Below are positions 7,740 to 16,858 of a stretch of DNA of 28,529 nucleotides, piece after piece. The stretch is from a virus. Taxonomy: Duplodnaviria; Caudoviricetes. The notes below the pieces were generated by a model. That model worked only from the letters and a program-made list of their open reading frames with translations. It ran no database searches and was not told the DNA's origin. Position 1 is the stretch's first letter. The number at the start of each line of letters is the position of its first letter. A program made the position numbers and the translations under genes. The stretch is from positions 1 to 28,529 of the IMG/VR virus record IMGVR_UViG_3300005805_000347; one strand, given 5' to 3'.

Positions 7740-8864
7740 ATGTCTGCCGAAAGCGCGCTCATCAAAGCGCGTTCGCAGCTCCTGATGGATCAGCCGTTTT
7801 TTGGAACGCTGGCCATCCGTCTCCGTCCTGTCCAACGTGATGACGTCAAGACCGCAGCTACCGATGGCACCCATCTGTACTACGATCCAGCGTATATCTC
7901 TAAGTTAGATCCTGTGCAGCTTCGTGGGCTCATTGCCCACGAGGTTATGCATTGCGTCTTTAACCACCAGACACGACGCCAAGAACGGGATCATCAGCTG
8001 TGGAACATCGCATGTGACTTTGCGATCAACGATCACTTGATCCAAAGTGGATTTATTCTGCCCAAAGGCGCGTTGCTCGATCCTTCGTACAAGGGCATGA
8101 GCGCTGAGCAGATCTACAATCTCATCGCCAAAGAACCCAAGAAACACAAACCGTGTGCCTGGGGCATTGTCCTCGATGCATCAAGCGGTAGCCTCGAAGC
8201 AGGCTCCGCTGCTGAGATGGAATCCAAATGGCAAATTGCTGTTGGCGAAGCAGCAGCTGTTGCCAAAGCACGCGGCAAGCTGCCCGGCAACATCGAGCTT
8301 TTCATTTCGGAAATCCTGCAGCCGAAGGTCGATTGGCGAACAGTTCTCTGGCCGTTCTTCACTGAACTTAACAAGGACGACTACAGCTGGCGCAAGCCGA
8401 ACCGGGCCTGGATCTCGGAAGACGAGTACCTTCCGTCTATGTACCAGGAGACCTGCGGCAAAGTCGCAGTCGTTATCGACTCAAGTGGGTCTATTAGCGA
8501 CGAGCAGGGCAAACAGTTCATCTCCGAAGTAGACGCAGTCATGGCCCAGGTGCAACCGTCTTCGATTGTCTGGATCCAGGCCGATGCCAACATCCAAGAC
8601 GTCAAAGTCTTGGAGCAAGGACAACGGCTCAAGGCTGACGAGGTTTCGTTCAAGGGCCGTGGCGGCACAGCATTCACACCCGCGTTTGAACACATTCGAG
8701 ATAACCACCCCGACGTCCAAGCCATTGTTTACCTTACTGATTTGGAATCTGGGTCTGAGGATTTCGAAACAGCAGAACAGCTGGCCGTAGCACCCACGCT
8801 CTGGGTGTCTGTCGATCAACGCGCGGTCGCTCCTTTTGGAGAAACAGTTTATCTAAACGCTTGA
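7740..8864 (+). CDS. DUF2201-type HExxH metallopeptidase fused to a vWA domain
   Basis: TAATDG, AHEVMH, WNIACDFAIN; MIDAS DSSGS, GRGGTxF, YLTD. Confidence 0.9.
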   Translation: MSAESALIKARSQLLMDQPFFGTLAIRLRPVQRDDVKTAATDGTHLYYDPAYISKLDPVQLRGLIAHEVMHCVFNHQTRRQERDHQLWNIACDFAINDHLIQSGFILPKGALLDPSYKGMSAEQIYNLIAKEPKKHKPCAWGIVLDASSGSLEAGSAAEMESKWQIAVGEAAAVAKARGKLPGNIELFISEILQPKVDWRTVLWPFFTELNKDDYSWRKPNRAWISEDEYLPSMYQETCGKVAVVIDSSGSISDEQGKQFISEVDAVMAQVQPSSIVWIQADANIQDVKVLEQGQRLKADEVSFKGRGGTAFTPAFEHIRDNHPDVQAIVYLTDLESGSEDFETAEQLAVAPTLWVSVDQRAVAPFGETVYLNA

Positions 8865-8889
8865 TAACGAATATTAGCCCAACTAATCT
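8861..8889 (+). promoter_or_regulatory. Sigma70-like promoter overlapped by the operator motif
   Basis: TTGATA-N17-TAATCT with ATTAGCCCAACTAAT at 8873-8887. Confidence 0.6.
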
Positions 8890-8915
8890 ACTTTGCTTAG
8901 GAAGGAGTCCTACTC

Positions 8916-9134
8916 ATGCCTCGCATCAAGAAAGTCCTCGCATTTCCCAGGGCAGTTACCACTAACGAAAAGGTCAACATCACAAGCCTTATCCTGGCTA
9001 TCGGTGAAGTTTCTAAAGACCCAGTTTTTAGAGACCTGGGCCTCAAGATGACCAACTCCCTGTACAGCAAAACGCAAGAGCGAGCGCTTCGCCGCGCAAC
9101 TGCGTTGCTGGCAGTCCTTCGATCGCACGCTTAA
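8916..9134 (+). CDS. Small basic hypothetical protein
   Basis: AAGGAG RBS; 72 aa. Confidence 0.7.
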   Translation: MPRIKKVLAFPRAVTTNEKVNITSLILAIGEVSKDPVFRDLGLKMTNSLYSKTQERALRRATALLAVLRSHA

Positions 9135-9136
9135 TC

Positions 9137-9292
9137 GTGGGCTTCTTTCAGCCCCACGAACTAAGAATCCTCGAGCTGCTTGCAGCTGGCTATTCCACAA
9201 AAGAAATAGCCACAACCCTCGAGCTTTCTGAAGAAGCTGTGCGCGCAGTCGAAAAACTTATAGAAGATACGGTGCATGACTACCGAGGCTAA
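9137..9292 (+). CDS. Stand-alone LuxR/GerE-type HTH protein, 51 aa (not in ORF track)
   Basis: GTG start; ELRILELLAAGYSTKEIATTLELSEEAV matches the LuxR C-terminal HTH pattern. Confidence 0.7.
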   Translation: MGFFQPHELRILELLAAGYSTKEIATTLELSEEAVRAVEKLIEDTVHDYRG

Positions 9293-11105
9293 GACTCTGC
9301 TGACTCTCGACTTTGAGACGTATTACGACGCCAAAGTCAGTCTTACTAAAATAACTACGATGGAGTACGTAAAGCACCCCAAGTTCAAGGTCTGGGGTGT
9401 TGGTGTCAAAGCCAACGATGAACCAGCCGAGTGGTACAGCGCTGACGAAACAGAAGAAGCTCTAGCACAGTTTGACTGGGACAACGTCCAACTGCTGTGC
9501 CACAACACGTTGTTCGACGGCTACATTCTGGCCAGGCACTACGGCATTAAGCCAGCCTACTACTTGGACACCGCTGCAATGGCACGCGGTTGTTTCCCTG
9601 GTCTATCCGCTTCATTGAAAGACACAAGCATCCGCTTGTTCCCGGACGACGAGTCCATGCGAAAAGGCGAAGACCTGGTCAAAGCTAAGGGGCATTTTGA
9701 TCTGCCACCAAACATTGAAACCGACCTGGCCAGGTATTGTCTTCAGGACGTAGAACTGACCTATGCCATCTACCAAAAGATGCTGCAAGGGTACCCGCAA
9801 TCCGAACTGGATCTCATCGATCTGACTACACGGATGTTCTGTCAGCCGGTTCTAAAGATTGACCGAGAACGACTAACCGCGTACCACAGTCGAGAAACCA
9901 ATAACGCCGAAGCGCTGATCCAGGCATCAGGTATTAGCCGTGAAGTCCTTGCAAGCAACGACAAATTTGTCGCACACCTTCAGACTCTCGGCATAACGCC
10001 TCCGACTAAGCGCAGCCCAGCAACAGGACAGCAGATCCCGGCCTTCGGCAAAAACGACGCAGGTTGGAAACAGCTTTGCAGCATGTACCCACAGCACAAA
10101 CCTCTGTGGGACGCTCGAACAGCGGCTAAGTCGCGCATCACCGAAACGCGCTCCCGTCGATTTCTCGATGCCGCGCATGACGACAACACAATTAGTGTGC
10201 CCCTGCGCTATTACGCTGCGCACACAGGCCGGTTCGGTGGTACCGAGAAGATTAACCTGCAGAACTTACCCCGAGGCAGCGAGCTACGAGAATGCCTCAT
10301 CGCTCCGGAAGGACACCTACTCTACGTCGCTGACCTGTCCAACATCGAAGCACGCATGCTTGCCTGGCTTGCCGGGCAAGATGACCTGTTAGATCAGTTC
10401 CGCAGAGGTGAGGATATATACAGTAACTTCGCCTCGAAGATCTACAACAAGCCGATCAACAAGAAAGACCACCCGACCGAGCGGTTTGTAGGAAAAACCG
10501 CAATTCTCGGTCTCGGCTACGGCATGGGCCACAACAAGTTCAAAGCCACCCTGGAATCAGGTGCGGCAGGCCCAGCCATGCAGATACCCGAAACTGAAGC
10601 ACTCAACGTTGTGGCAACGTACCGCTCGTCTTACCCAAACATACCCATACTTTGGCAGCGGCTCGAGAACCTTTTGAAGCAGACGCTTCATCGTGACAAC
10701 TACGGCACGACTTACAGAAACATTCTGACGGTGCAAGAACGAGCACTAGTCCTGCCAAATAAGATGTCGCTTAAATACCACAACCTTCAAGCGTCGCCTC
10801 AAGGCTTGGTCTACCAAGCCCGCAACAACGTCCAAGAAACAACGTATGGCGGCCGGATAACTGAGAACGTCATCCAGGCTTTGTCGAGAATTGTCATTAC
10901 TGACAGTTTATTGAGACTTAACAACAAGTTAGCGAACGCGCGCGTTGCGCTGACCGTCCACGATGAGATTGTCATTGTCGCTCCCGATCAAAATCCCGAT
11001 GCTACAATGGCCCAGATCATTGAGGATTTATGCACCCCGCCTACTTGGGCACCGGATATCCCGCTTGCCGCTGAAGGTGGTTACGACAGGAAGTACAGTA
11101 AGTAA
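9276..11105 (+). CDS. polA: Family A DNA polymerase with 3'-5' exonuclease
   Basis: ExoI DFETY, ExoII HNxxFD, ExoIII YCxxD; motif A DLSNIEAR, motif B RxxxKxxxLGxxYG, motif C VHDE. Confidence 0.95.
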   Translation: MTTEAKTLLTLDFETYYDAKVSLTKITTMEYVKHPKFKVWGVGVKANDEPAEWYSADETEEALAQFDWDNVQLLCHNTLFDGYILARHYGIKPAYYLDTAAMARGCFPGLSASLKDTSIRLFPDDESMRKGEDLVKAKGHFDLPPNIETDLARYCLQDVELTYAIYQKMLQGYPQSELDLIDLTTRMFCQPVLKIDRERLTAYHSRETNNAEALIQASGISREVLASNDKFVAHLQTLGITPPTKRSPATGQQIPAFGKNDAGWKQLCSMYPQHKPLWDARTAAKSRITETRSRRFLDAAHDDNTISVPLRYYAAHTGRFGGTEKINLQNLPRGSELRECLIAPEGHLLYVADLSNIEARMLAWLAGQDDLLDQFRRGEDIYSNFASKIYNKPINKKDHPTERFVGKTAILGLGYGMGHNKFKATLESGAAGPAMQIPETEALNVVATYRSSYPNIPILWQRLENLLKQTLHRDNYGTTYRNILTVQERALVLPNKMSLKYHNLQASPQGLVYQARNNVQETTYGGRITENVIQALSRIVITDSLLRLNNKLANARVALTVHDEIVIVAPDQNPDATMAQIIEDLCTPPTWAPDIPLAAEGGYDRKYSK

Positions 11106-11311
11106 TGCCGCGTCTGGTTCTAACAAGACGTCTAAACCAGTCAGTCGTTATCCATCGCGACAACGAAGTCGTTGCTACTGTAAAAGTGTCACGCATTGAT
11201 CGAAACAATGTCCGCTTGGCTTTCGTCGCAGAACCGTCGATCACAATCGATCGCGAAGAAGTCTTCGACGAACAGAGTCCCTGCAGTACTAAGGAGGAAA
11301 AGCAGGGCTAA
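11105..11311 (+). CDS. csrA: CsrA/RsmA-family RNA-binding protein
   Basis: LVLTRR..QSVVI...VKV.RI..NNVRLAFVA..SITIDREEV aligns by eye with CsrA (LILTRR...NQVRIG..AP....HREEI); TAATG coupling to the polymerase gene. Confidence 0.85.
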   Translation: MPRLVLTRRLNQSVVIHRDNEVVATVKVSRIDRNNVRLAFVAEPSITIDREEVFDEQSPCSTKEEKQG

Positions 11312-11329
11312 TGCTTTTCTGGAGAACAC

Positions 11330-13876
11330 ATGAAGGTTACGTTCCTAGAGGCAACAAACGGCCTCTCTTTGAGCAAGCATTATTTTGCTAATGGCGAAAC
11401 ACAACCATACCCCTATGTCAAAGACGTAACCTCACACGAGTACACCATTCAAGCTTCGCAGGCGGGTCTGCAGAATCTTGAAGCGCTTATTCGTCAGCAT
11501 TCCACTAGTGGTCACTGCTTACTCAAAGGGCAGTTGAAACGCCCGTTAGTATCTGAAAGCCGCGCTCAAAAGAGCGATCGGCTTGCCCTCAATGGTTTGC
11601 TTGTTTTGGATTTTGATGCAATCACTTTACCGCGGCGCATCATCCGCTCCAACAAGCTAACAGCTAACGACGTGCAGTTGATTGCAGAGCAGATCATTGC
11701 AGATCTCCCGACGCAGCTGCACGACGTCAGCTACATCGCACAGGCGTCAGCAAGCCTTGGTCTCAAGGGTGATCGGATCTCAATGCACATTTTTATGTTG
11801 CTGACGATACCGATGCCACCAAAGTCCATGAAGCTTTGGCTGCAGAACATCAACTACACAACAGACATCTTCAAGACCCAGCTAGGTTTGAGCGCAAACG
11901 GGCAATCGCTCAAATACCCGCTCGACGTCTCGGTTGCTGACAACAGCAAACTGATTTTTATTGCGCCGCCAACTTTCGAAGACCCGACGCAGAACCCATT
12001 TGTGTCAGACAACGACCGCATCGTCCGTGTCGATCGGGCTTCAGCGTCATTCGACATGGCCGCCATGATGACGTCACTTAGCCCGGAGACCTGCTTCCAG
12101 TTAGGGCAGCAAATTAAAGATGATCTTCGGCAGAACAATGGTATCAAGAAGAAAGCGGGCAAAATCCAGACAATGACGATTGAGCACCAGGCCACTGAGG
12201 TCCTGCTCAATCCCGACAAGATGTCGATCAGCATCGCTGACACCAGTGCCATGCCGTTTGTCCGTTGCAACATCAATGGCGGCGACAGCGGTGCGTACTA
12301 CTTCAATATCGAACGTCCGACGTACATGTACAACTTCAAGGACGAGCCGATATTCGAAATCGAGAAAGCCGACAAAGAGTTCTACAAGAGCATTTTCGAG
12401 ATCTTCAAGTCTCACCTTGAGAAGTCTGGTAAAGCGCAGTACCCCATAGTCCTGCGCGACTACTACACCGACATGTACTACAACGGTGTGTACGACCCTA
12501 ATCTCAACCAGTTCACAGAAGACTACCCTTTGGTGCCGACAAGCAAGTCGAGCATAGAGTCCTTTATGCTAAGCCACGGACGGCCAGCACCAGACTTTGT
12601 GCGCGATGCTCGGGTCGTGTTTGATCCGACGCTCAATAGCCAGTCGATTGATTTCGAGAACGTACCGTACTTCGTGAACATGTACCGCAAAACGCGGTAC
12701 ATGCTCAACCCGAAGATCCCAGCGCGACCACTGGACTATGGCCACGCAAAACTAATCTCGAACACTTGCCCACGGATCTATACCTTGATCCATCACGTCC
12801 TTGGTAACGGCGACGCTGAGTTCGAGCATTTCATCAACTGGCTGTCGTTCGTATTTCAAACACGTCAGAAAGCAAAGACCGCCTGGGTGTTTGGTGGCGT
12901 ACCCGGTACGGGCAAAGGTTTGTTTTACAGCAAGGTACTCCGCCCGCTGTTCGGACCAGAGCACGTACCTATGCGAGCTCTGCAGAACATCGAAGAGCAC
13001 TTCAACCTGTACATGCGCAATGCGATCTTCTTGATCGTTGACGAGTTCCATATGGCATCGTCATCAATCGGCACAATGAAGATTGCCGATAAGCTCAAGA
13101 ACCAGATTACGGAAGACACTGTCACGATCCGCGCCATGCGGACCAACCAGGTAGAGATTCCGAACTACACCAACTTCATCTTTCTGACGAACAGAAACGA
13201 TGCAATCAAGATCGAAGACGGTGATCGGCGCTACAACATCCCGCCGCGCCAAGAGCACAAAGTTGAAGAAACCCATCCGCAGCTCCTCAAAGAGCTCGAT
13301 CTCCTGACCGATGAGCTTGACCTGTTTGCTGGGTACCTCCAGACGTTCCAGGTCAACGAGCGAATGGTGCATACCTGCATCGACAACACGGCCAAAAACC
13401 AGATGCGCCATGTGTCGATGACTATCATCGAAGAGTTTGCCGAAGCGTTGAAGCGCGGCGATCTGTTGTTTTTCAGCGATATCCTCGACATCAACATCGC
13501 CAACGCTCAAAACATGAACGAAGTTGCGACCGCCCAGCGCATCGTCAAAGGTTGGATCGCACTCGCCAAACACAAGTTTACGGTCATTCCAATGGAGCAT
13601 TTGCGCACGGTTTTCCACATACAAACCGAGCAGAACCCACGCATGTCTCAGCGTGAGTTCACTAAGCAAATGAGCAAATTTGGAATCGGACCAACGCGCA
13701 AGCGGATGCCCGGAGCTACCCGCGACTCAAACCCAGTAACCGGAGTTGTTGTAAATTGGCAACAAGACGAGCTAGAGGTTCAACGTCTCATCAAGTCTTA
13801 CTTCGACGCTACGGACGAGCGCCAACTGTTGCAGAATGCAGACATTAGCTATACTAATACAAGTACTTACAACTGA
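11330..13876 (+). CDS. Primase-helicase (AEP-like N-terminus, SF3/D5-like DUF5906 helicase C-terminus)
   Basis: LVLDFD and SMHIF are primase-like motifs; Walker A GVPGTGKG, Walker B LIVDE, motif C FLTN, DRRY. Confidence 0.85.
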   Translation: MKVTFLEATNGLSLSKHYFANGETQPYPYVKDVTSHEYTIQASQAGLQNLEALIRQHSTSGHCLLKGQLKRPLVSESRAQKSDRLALNGLLVLDFDAITLPRRIIRSNKLTANDVQLIAEQIIADLPTQLHDVSYIAQASASLGLKGDRISMHIFMLLTIPMPPKSMKLWLQNINYTTDIFKTQLGLSANGQSLKYPLDVSVADNSKLIFIAPPTFEDPTQNPFVSDNDRIVRVDRASASFDMAAMMTSLSPETCFQLGQQIKDDLRQNNGIKKKAGKIQTMTIEHQATEVLLNPDKMSISIADTSAMPFVRCNINGGDSGAYYFNIERPTYMYNFKDEPIFEIEKADKEFYKSIFEIFKSHLEKSGKAQYPIVLRDYYTDMYYNGVYDPNLNQFTEDYPLVPTSKSSIESFMLSHGRPAPDFVRDARVVFDPTLNSQSIDFENVPYFVNMYRKTRYMLNPKIPARPLDYGHAKLISNTCPRIYTLIHHVLGNGDAEFEHFINWLSFVFQTRQKAKTAWVFGGVPGTGKGLFYSKVLRPLFGPEHVPMRALQNIEEHFNLYMRNAIFLIVDEFHMASSSIGTMKIADKLKNQITEDTVTIRAMRTNQVEIPNYTNFIFLTNRNDAIKIEDGDRRYNIPPRQEHKVEETHPQLLKELDLLTDELDLFAGYLQTFQVNERMVHTCIDNTAKNQMRHVSMTIIEEFAEALKRGDLLFFSDILDINIANAQNMNEVATAQRIVKGWIALAKHKFTVIPMEHLRTVFHIQTEQNPRMSQREFTKQMSKFGIGPTRKRMPGATRDSNPVTGVVVNWQQDELEVQRLIKSYFDATDERQLLQNADISYTNTSTYN
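13844..13858. promoter_or_regulatory. Operator-like palindrome
   Basis: ATTAGCTATACTAAT, containing a TATACT -10-like hexamer, 29 bp before the next gene. Confidence 0.6.
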
Positions 13877-13887
13877 GTGTAGCTATC

Positions 13888-14637
13888 TTGAAACAAATAA
13901 CGCAGAGCTCCAGGCCGGACTCTGAAGACGCTTTTAAAAAGCCATCGAAGTTCGGCCCTGTTTCTACGTGGTCCTACTCGTCACTCAAGACTTTCGAAGA
14001 GTGTCCGTACAGGATCTATATCCAACGCATCAAGAAGATTCCAGAACCGCCTAGCGCTGCTGCTGATCGTGGAACCGCAATCCACAAGCTGGCAGAGCAG
14101 TACATCAAAGGCGAACTCGGCGACTTCCCACCTGAACTAGCAAAGTTCCAGAGTGACTTCGAAGAGCTACGGGCGCTTTTCGCTGAAGCCAAAGTAGAGG
14201 TCGAAGGGGAGTGGGGCTTTAGCATCGACTGGGAAGCTGTAGGTTGGATGGTGCCCCAGACTTGGGCACGCATCAAACTAGACGCCATGGTCCACCAGGA
14301 CGAAACCAGTGCTCGAGTCATCGACTTCAAGACTGGCAAAAAGTTTGGCAACGAAATACCGCACGCACAGCAGTGCTTGTTGTATGCCATTGCCGCGTTC
14401 TTTAGATACCCGCTGGTCGAAAACGTTCGCACCGAGCTTTGGTATCTAGACAAAGGCGAGCAGACATTGCGCTCGTTCACTCGAACAGAAGCTATGCAGT
14501 TTGCACCAGGCTTCCATCGCCGAGGGATTGAGATGACAACCTGCGAAGACTTCCCTCCGAAGCCAAGCAAAGACGCCTGTCGATGGTGTCCATACGGCAA
14601 AGGCGAACACCCCGAATGTACTTGGGGTGCGAAATAA
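13888..14637 (+). CDS. PD-(D/E)XK Cas4/RecB-like exonuclease
   Basis: WSYS..K.FEECP, GTAIH, IKLD, IDFKTG, QxxxY and C-terminal CRWCP...C. Confidence 0.9.
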   Translation: MKQITQSSRPDSEDAFKKPSKFGPVSTWSYSSLKTFEECPYRIYIQRIKKIPEPPSAAADRGTAIHKLAEQYIKGELGDFPPELAKFQSDFEELRALFAEAKVEVEGEWGFSIDWEAVGWMVPQTWARIKLDAMVHQDETSARVIDFKTGKKFGNEIPHAQQCLLYAIAAFFRYPLVENVRTELWYLDKGEQTLRSFTRTEAMQFAPGFHRRGIEMTTCEDFPPKPSKDACRWCPYGKGEHPECTWGAK

Positions 14638-14650
14638 ACGCCCGGTAACA

Positions 14651-14678
14651 AGCCCCTCCTAGTGAGGGGCTTTTTTTT
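14651..14678 (+). terminator. Rho-independent terminator
   Basis: GCCCCTC-CTAGT-GAGGGGC followed by T8. Confidence 0.9.
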
Positions 14679-14715
14679 GCGGGCATACATAGCCCACGTA
14701 GCCCAAGGAGAACTT

Positions 14716-14898
14716 ATGGCGTTTTTCATGAGGCTGCTTGCAGCCCTTGAAATCATTCTATTTCTCAAAAAGTTACGAGAACAAAATGACTCTATTGCAA
14801 CTTCAAACTTCCAACGTACAGATATTAACTCGAACGAAGTTCCGAAAGAGCGTGAAGCCACCAGGGAAGGCCATGCTCAAATCGGGAAAGAGCAATAA
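14716..14898 (+). CDS. Possible small protein overlapping the next gene
   Basis: Strong AAGGAG RBS before ATG 14716; hydrophobic N-terminus; 113-bp overlap with the GP88-like gene. Confidence 0.45.
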   Translation: MAFFMRLLAALEIILFLKKLREQNDSIATSNFQRTDINSNEVPKEREATREGHAQIGKEQ

Positions 14899-15466
14899 AA
14901 AATTGGGGGCCCTCGTCCGCAAAGGAATGTGGCGGGGGCTTCCCATCTTTAGCTTAACTCTTGAAGAACGCAAAACATGCCCGCCTCACTGTGAACAGTG
15001 GACCAATTGCTACGGCAACAACATGCCGTTTGCCCATCGATTTGATCACACCAACCCGTGGTTTGAATTCGCACTGGCCACGGAGCTCGTACAACTGTCC
15101 CAGAAATACGAACAGGGGTTCGTGGTCCGGTTGCACGTACTCGGCGATTTTTACTCCGAAGACTACGTAAAATTCTGGCTGCACAAAATGCTCGGCCTCC
15201 CGCAAATCCGAGTGTTCGGGTACACACACCACCGCCACGATAGCCGCATTGGCGCCCGCATAGCAGAGCTAAACAAGTTATTCCCAGACCGGTGGCGAGT
15301 CCGGTTTTCTGACGACCCACAAGTTGAGTTCAGATCAGAAGTTGTTGCTTCAGCGCAACAAGCAAACGGAGTTGTATGCCCCGAGCAACAAGGCAAAGCC
15401 AAGTCATGTGGTGACTGCGCTTATTGCTGGCACAGCGACAAACCTGTCTATTTCCTTGAACACTAG
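14786..15466 (+). CDS. GP88-like Cys-rich phage protein
   Basis: NKKLG, TCPxxCxxxxxCYG, RLHVLGDF, FGYT, CP...CxxCxxCW; start uncertain. Confidence 0.7.
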   Translation: MTLLQLQTSNVQILTRTKFRKSVKPPGKAMLKSGKSNKKLGALVRKGMWRGLPIFSLTLEERKTCPPHCEQWTNCYGNNMPFAHRFDHTNPWFEFALATELVQLSQKYEQGFVVRLHVLGDFYSEDYVKFWLHKMLGLPQIRVFGYTHHRHDSRIGARIAELNKLFPDRWRVRFSDDPQVEFRSEVVASAQQANGVVCPEQQGKAKSCGDCAYCWHSDKPVYFLEH

Positions 15467-15484
15467 TATTAGCTAGGCTAATAT
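15456..15484 (+). promoter_or_regulatory. Sigma70-like promoter overlapped by the operator motif
   Basis: TTGAAC-N17-TAATAT with ATTAGCTAGGCTAAT at 15468-15482. Confidence 0.65.
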
Positions 15485-15508
15485 CGAGGTCTAACTGAGA
15501 TAAACCTA

Positions 15509-16858
15509 ATGCTTAAACCTTTCGATCATCAAGTTAAAACGACCAAGTTTCTTCTTAAAACGCCTCGCGCACTTGTGACGTCTGACCCAGGCACGGGTAA
15601 GACTCGCAGTGTTCTCGACGCTTATTCAAAGCGAAAAGAAGGGCGGATGCTTGTACTAGCTCCGCTGTCAATCTTGTCAGCCTCTTGGGCTGATGACATT
15701 GAGAAATTTCAACCAGGTCTGAGTTACGTCGTCGCTTACGCACGAAACCGTGAGCAGGCCTTCCAAACCAACGCGGACATCGTAATCACCAATCACGACG
15801 CTGCTAAGTGGTTGGTCAAGAACGAACGCTTACTCGAAGGCTTCTCGACGCTCTGCATCGATGAGTTCACAGCGTTCAAGAACAAAGACAGCCAGCGAAG
15901 CAAAGCAATCCTTCGCATAGCTCAAAAGTTCAAGTACCGCATCGCCATGAGTGGTACACCAAACAGCAACACGATCCTGGACATCTGGCATCCCACTCTG
16001 ATCGTGGACGACGGTGAACGGCTTGGGAAACGTTTCTACGGTTTCAGGTCCGCCGTCTGCACTTCACGGTTCAATGGCTTCGCCAACGAGTGGGTTGACA
16101 AGCCCGACGCTCAGCAAATCGTTGCAGCGTCCATCAAAGACATCAACATCCGCTACCAGCTCGAAGACTGCATCGATATGCCGGAGCAGTCTGTACACAC
16201 AATGTGCGTACAGCTAACCCCGGCCATCATGGAGCAGTACAAGCTCCTGGCTGAAGACTCAGTCTTGTATACCGGCAAGGCAACCATCAACGCCATCAAC
16301 GCCGGTGCGCGTGTCAAAAAGCTTTTGCAGCTCTGCACTGGCGCTGTCTACACCGAAGACGGTGTACCCGCTGGCATCCACGAAGAACGTTATGAACTCG
16401 TTATGCAGCTAGTCAGCGAGCGCAAGCATTCGCTTGTAGCGTTTAACTGGCGCCACGAACGTGAGCATCTGACCAAGCTAGCCGACGAGATGAAAATCGA
16501 GTACGGCGTTATTGATGGGGACACCCCAGCAAATAAACGTAAAGACATCGTTGATCGTATGCAGGCTGGGCAACTCCAGGTTGTCTTTTGTCACCCTCAA
16601 TCTGCAGGCCATGGCCTGACTCTAACAACAGCAACAAGCGTTATCTGGGCGTCTCCGACCTACAACGCCGAGCACTATCAGCAATTTAACCGCCGCATTT
16701 ACCGCGCCGGTCAGACCAAAAAGACCGAAGTCATCCACATTGCCGCCAGCAATACGTGGGAGCCCGAGGTCTATACAAAGCTCGAAGGCAAACTCGAGCG
16801 GATGGATGAGCTCCTTTCGATCCTAAACAAACTAACTCCAATGAGGAAAGCGTCTTGA
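15509..16858 (+). CDS. SNF2-like SF2 helicase
   Basis: DPGTGKT, IDEFT, MSGTP, GHGLTL, QxxxRIYRAGQ. Confidence 0.92.
   Translation: MLKPFDHQVKTTKFLLKTPRALVTSDPGTGKTRSVLDAYSKRKEGRMLVLAPLSILSASWADDIEKFQPGLSYVVAYARNREQAFQTNADIVITNHDAAKWLVKNERLLEGFSTLCIDEFTAFKNKDSQRSKAILRIAQKFKYRIAMSGTPNSNTILDIWHPTLIVDDGERLGKRFYGFRSAVCTSRFNGFANEWVDKPDAQQIVAASIKDINIRYQLEDCIDMPEQSVHTMCVQLTPAIMEQYKLLAEDSVLYTGKATINAINAGARVKKLLQLCTGAVYTEDGVPAGIHEERYELVMQLVSERKHSLVAFNWRHEREHLTKLADEMKIEYGVIDGDTPANKRKDIVDRMQAGQLQVVFCHPQSAGHGLTLTTATSVIWASPTYNAEHYQQFNRRIYRAGQTKKTEVIHIAASNTWEPEVYTKLEGKLERMDELLSILNKLTPMRKAS

Noticed and set aside
11296-11312. Additional operator copy upstream of primase (AAAAGCAGGGCTAAT)
   Set aside because: Only one half-site matches, and the sequence is better explained by the local RNA hairpin and the csrA stop codon.
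14760-14775. Programmed frameshift joining ORF 14716 to the GP88-like gene at C AAA AAG
   Set aside because: It is not a full slippery heptamer, and the GP88 frame is +1 rather than -1.
13064-14861. Minus-strand ORFs of 201 and 281 aa
   Set aside because: Antisense to the well-supported primase and nuclease genes; the 281-aa ORF also runs through a terminator.
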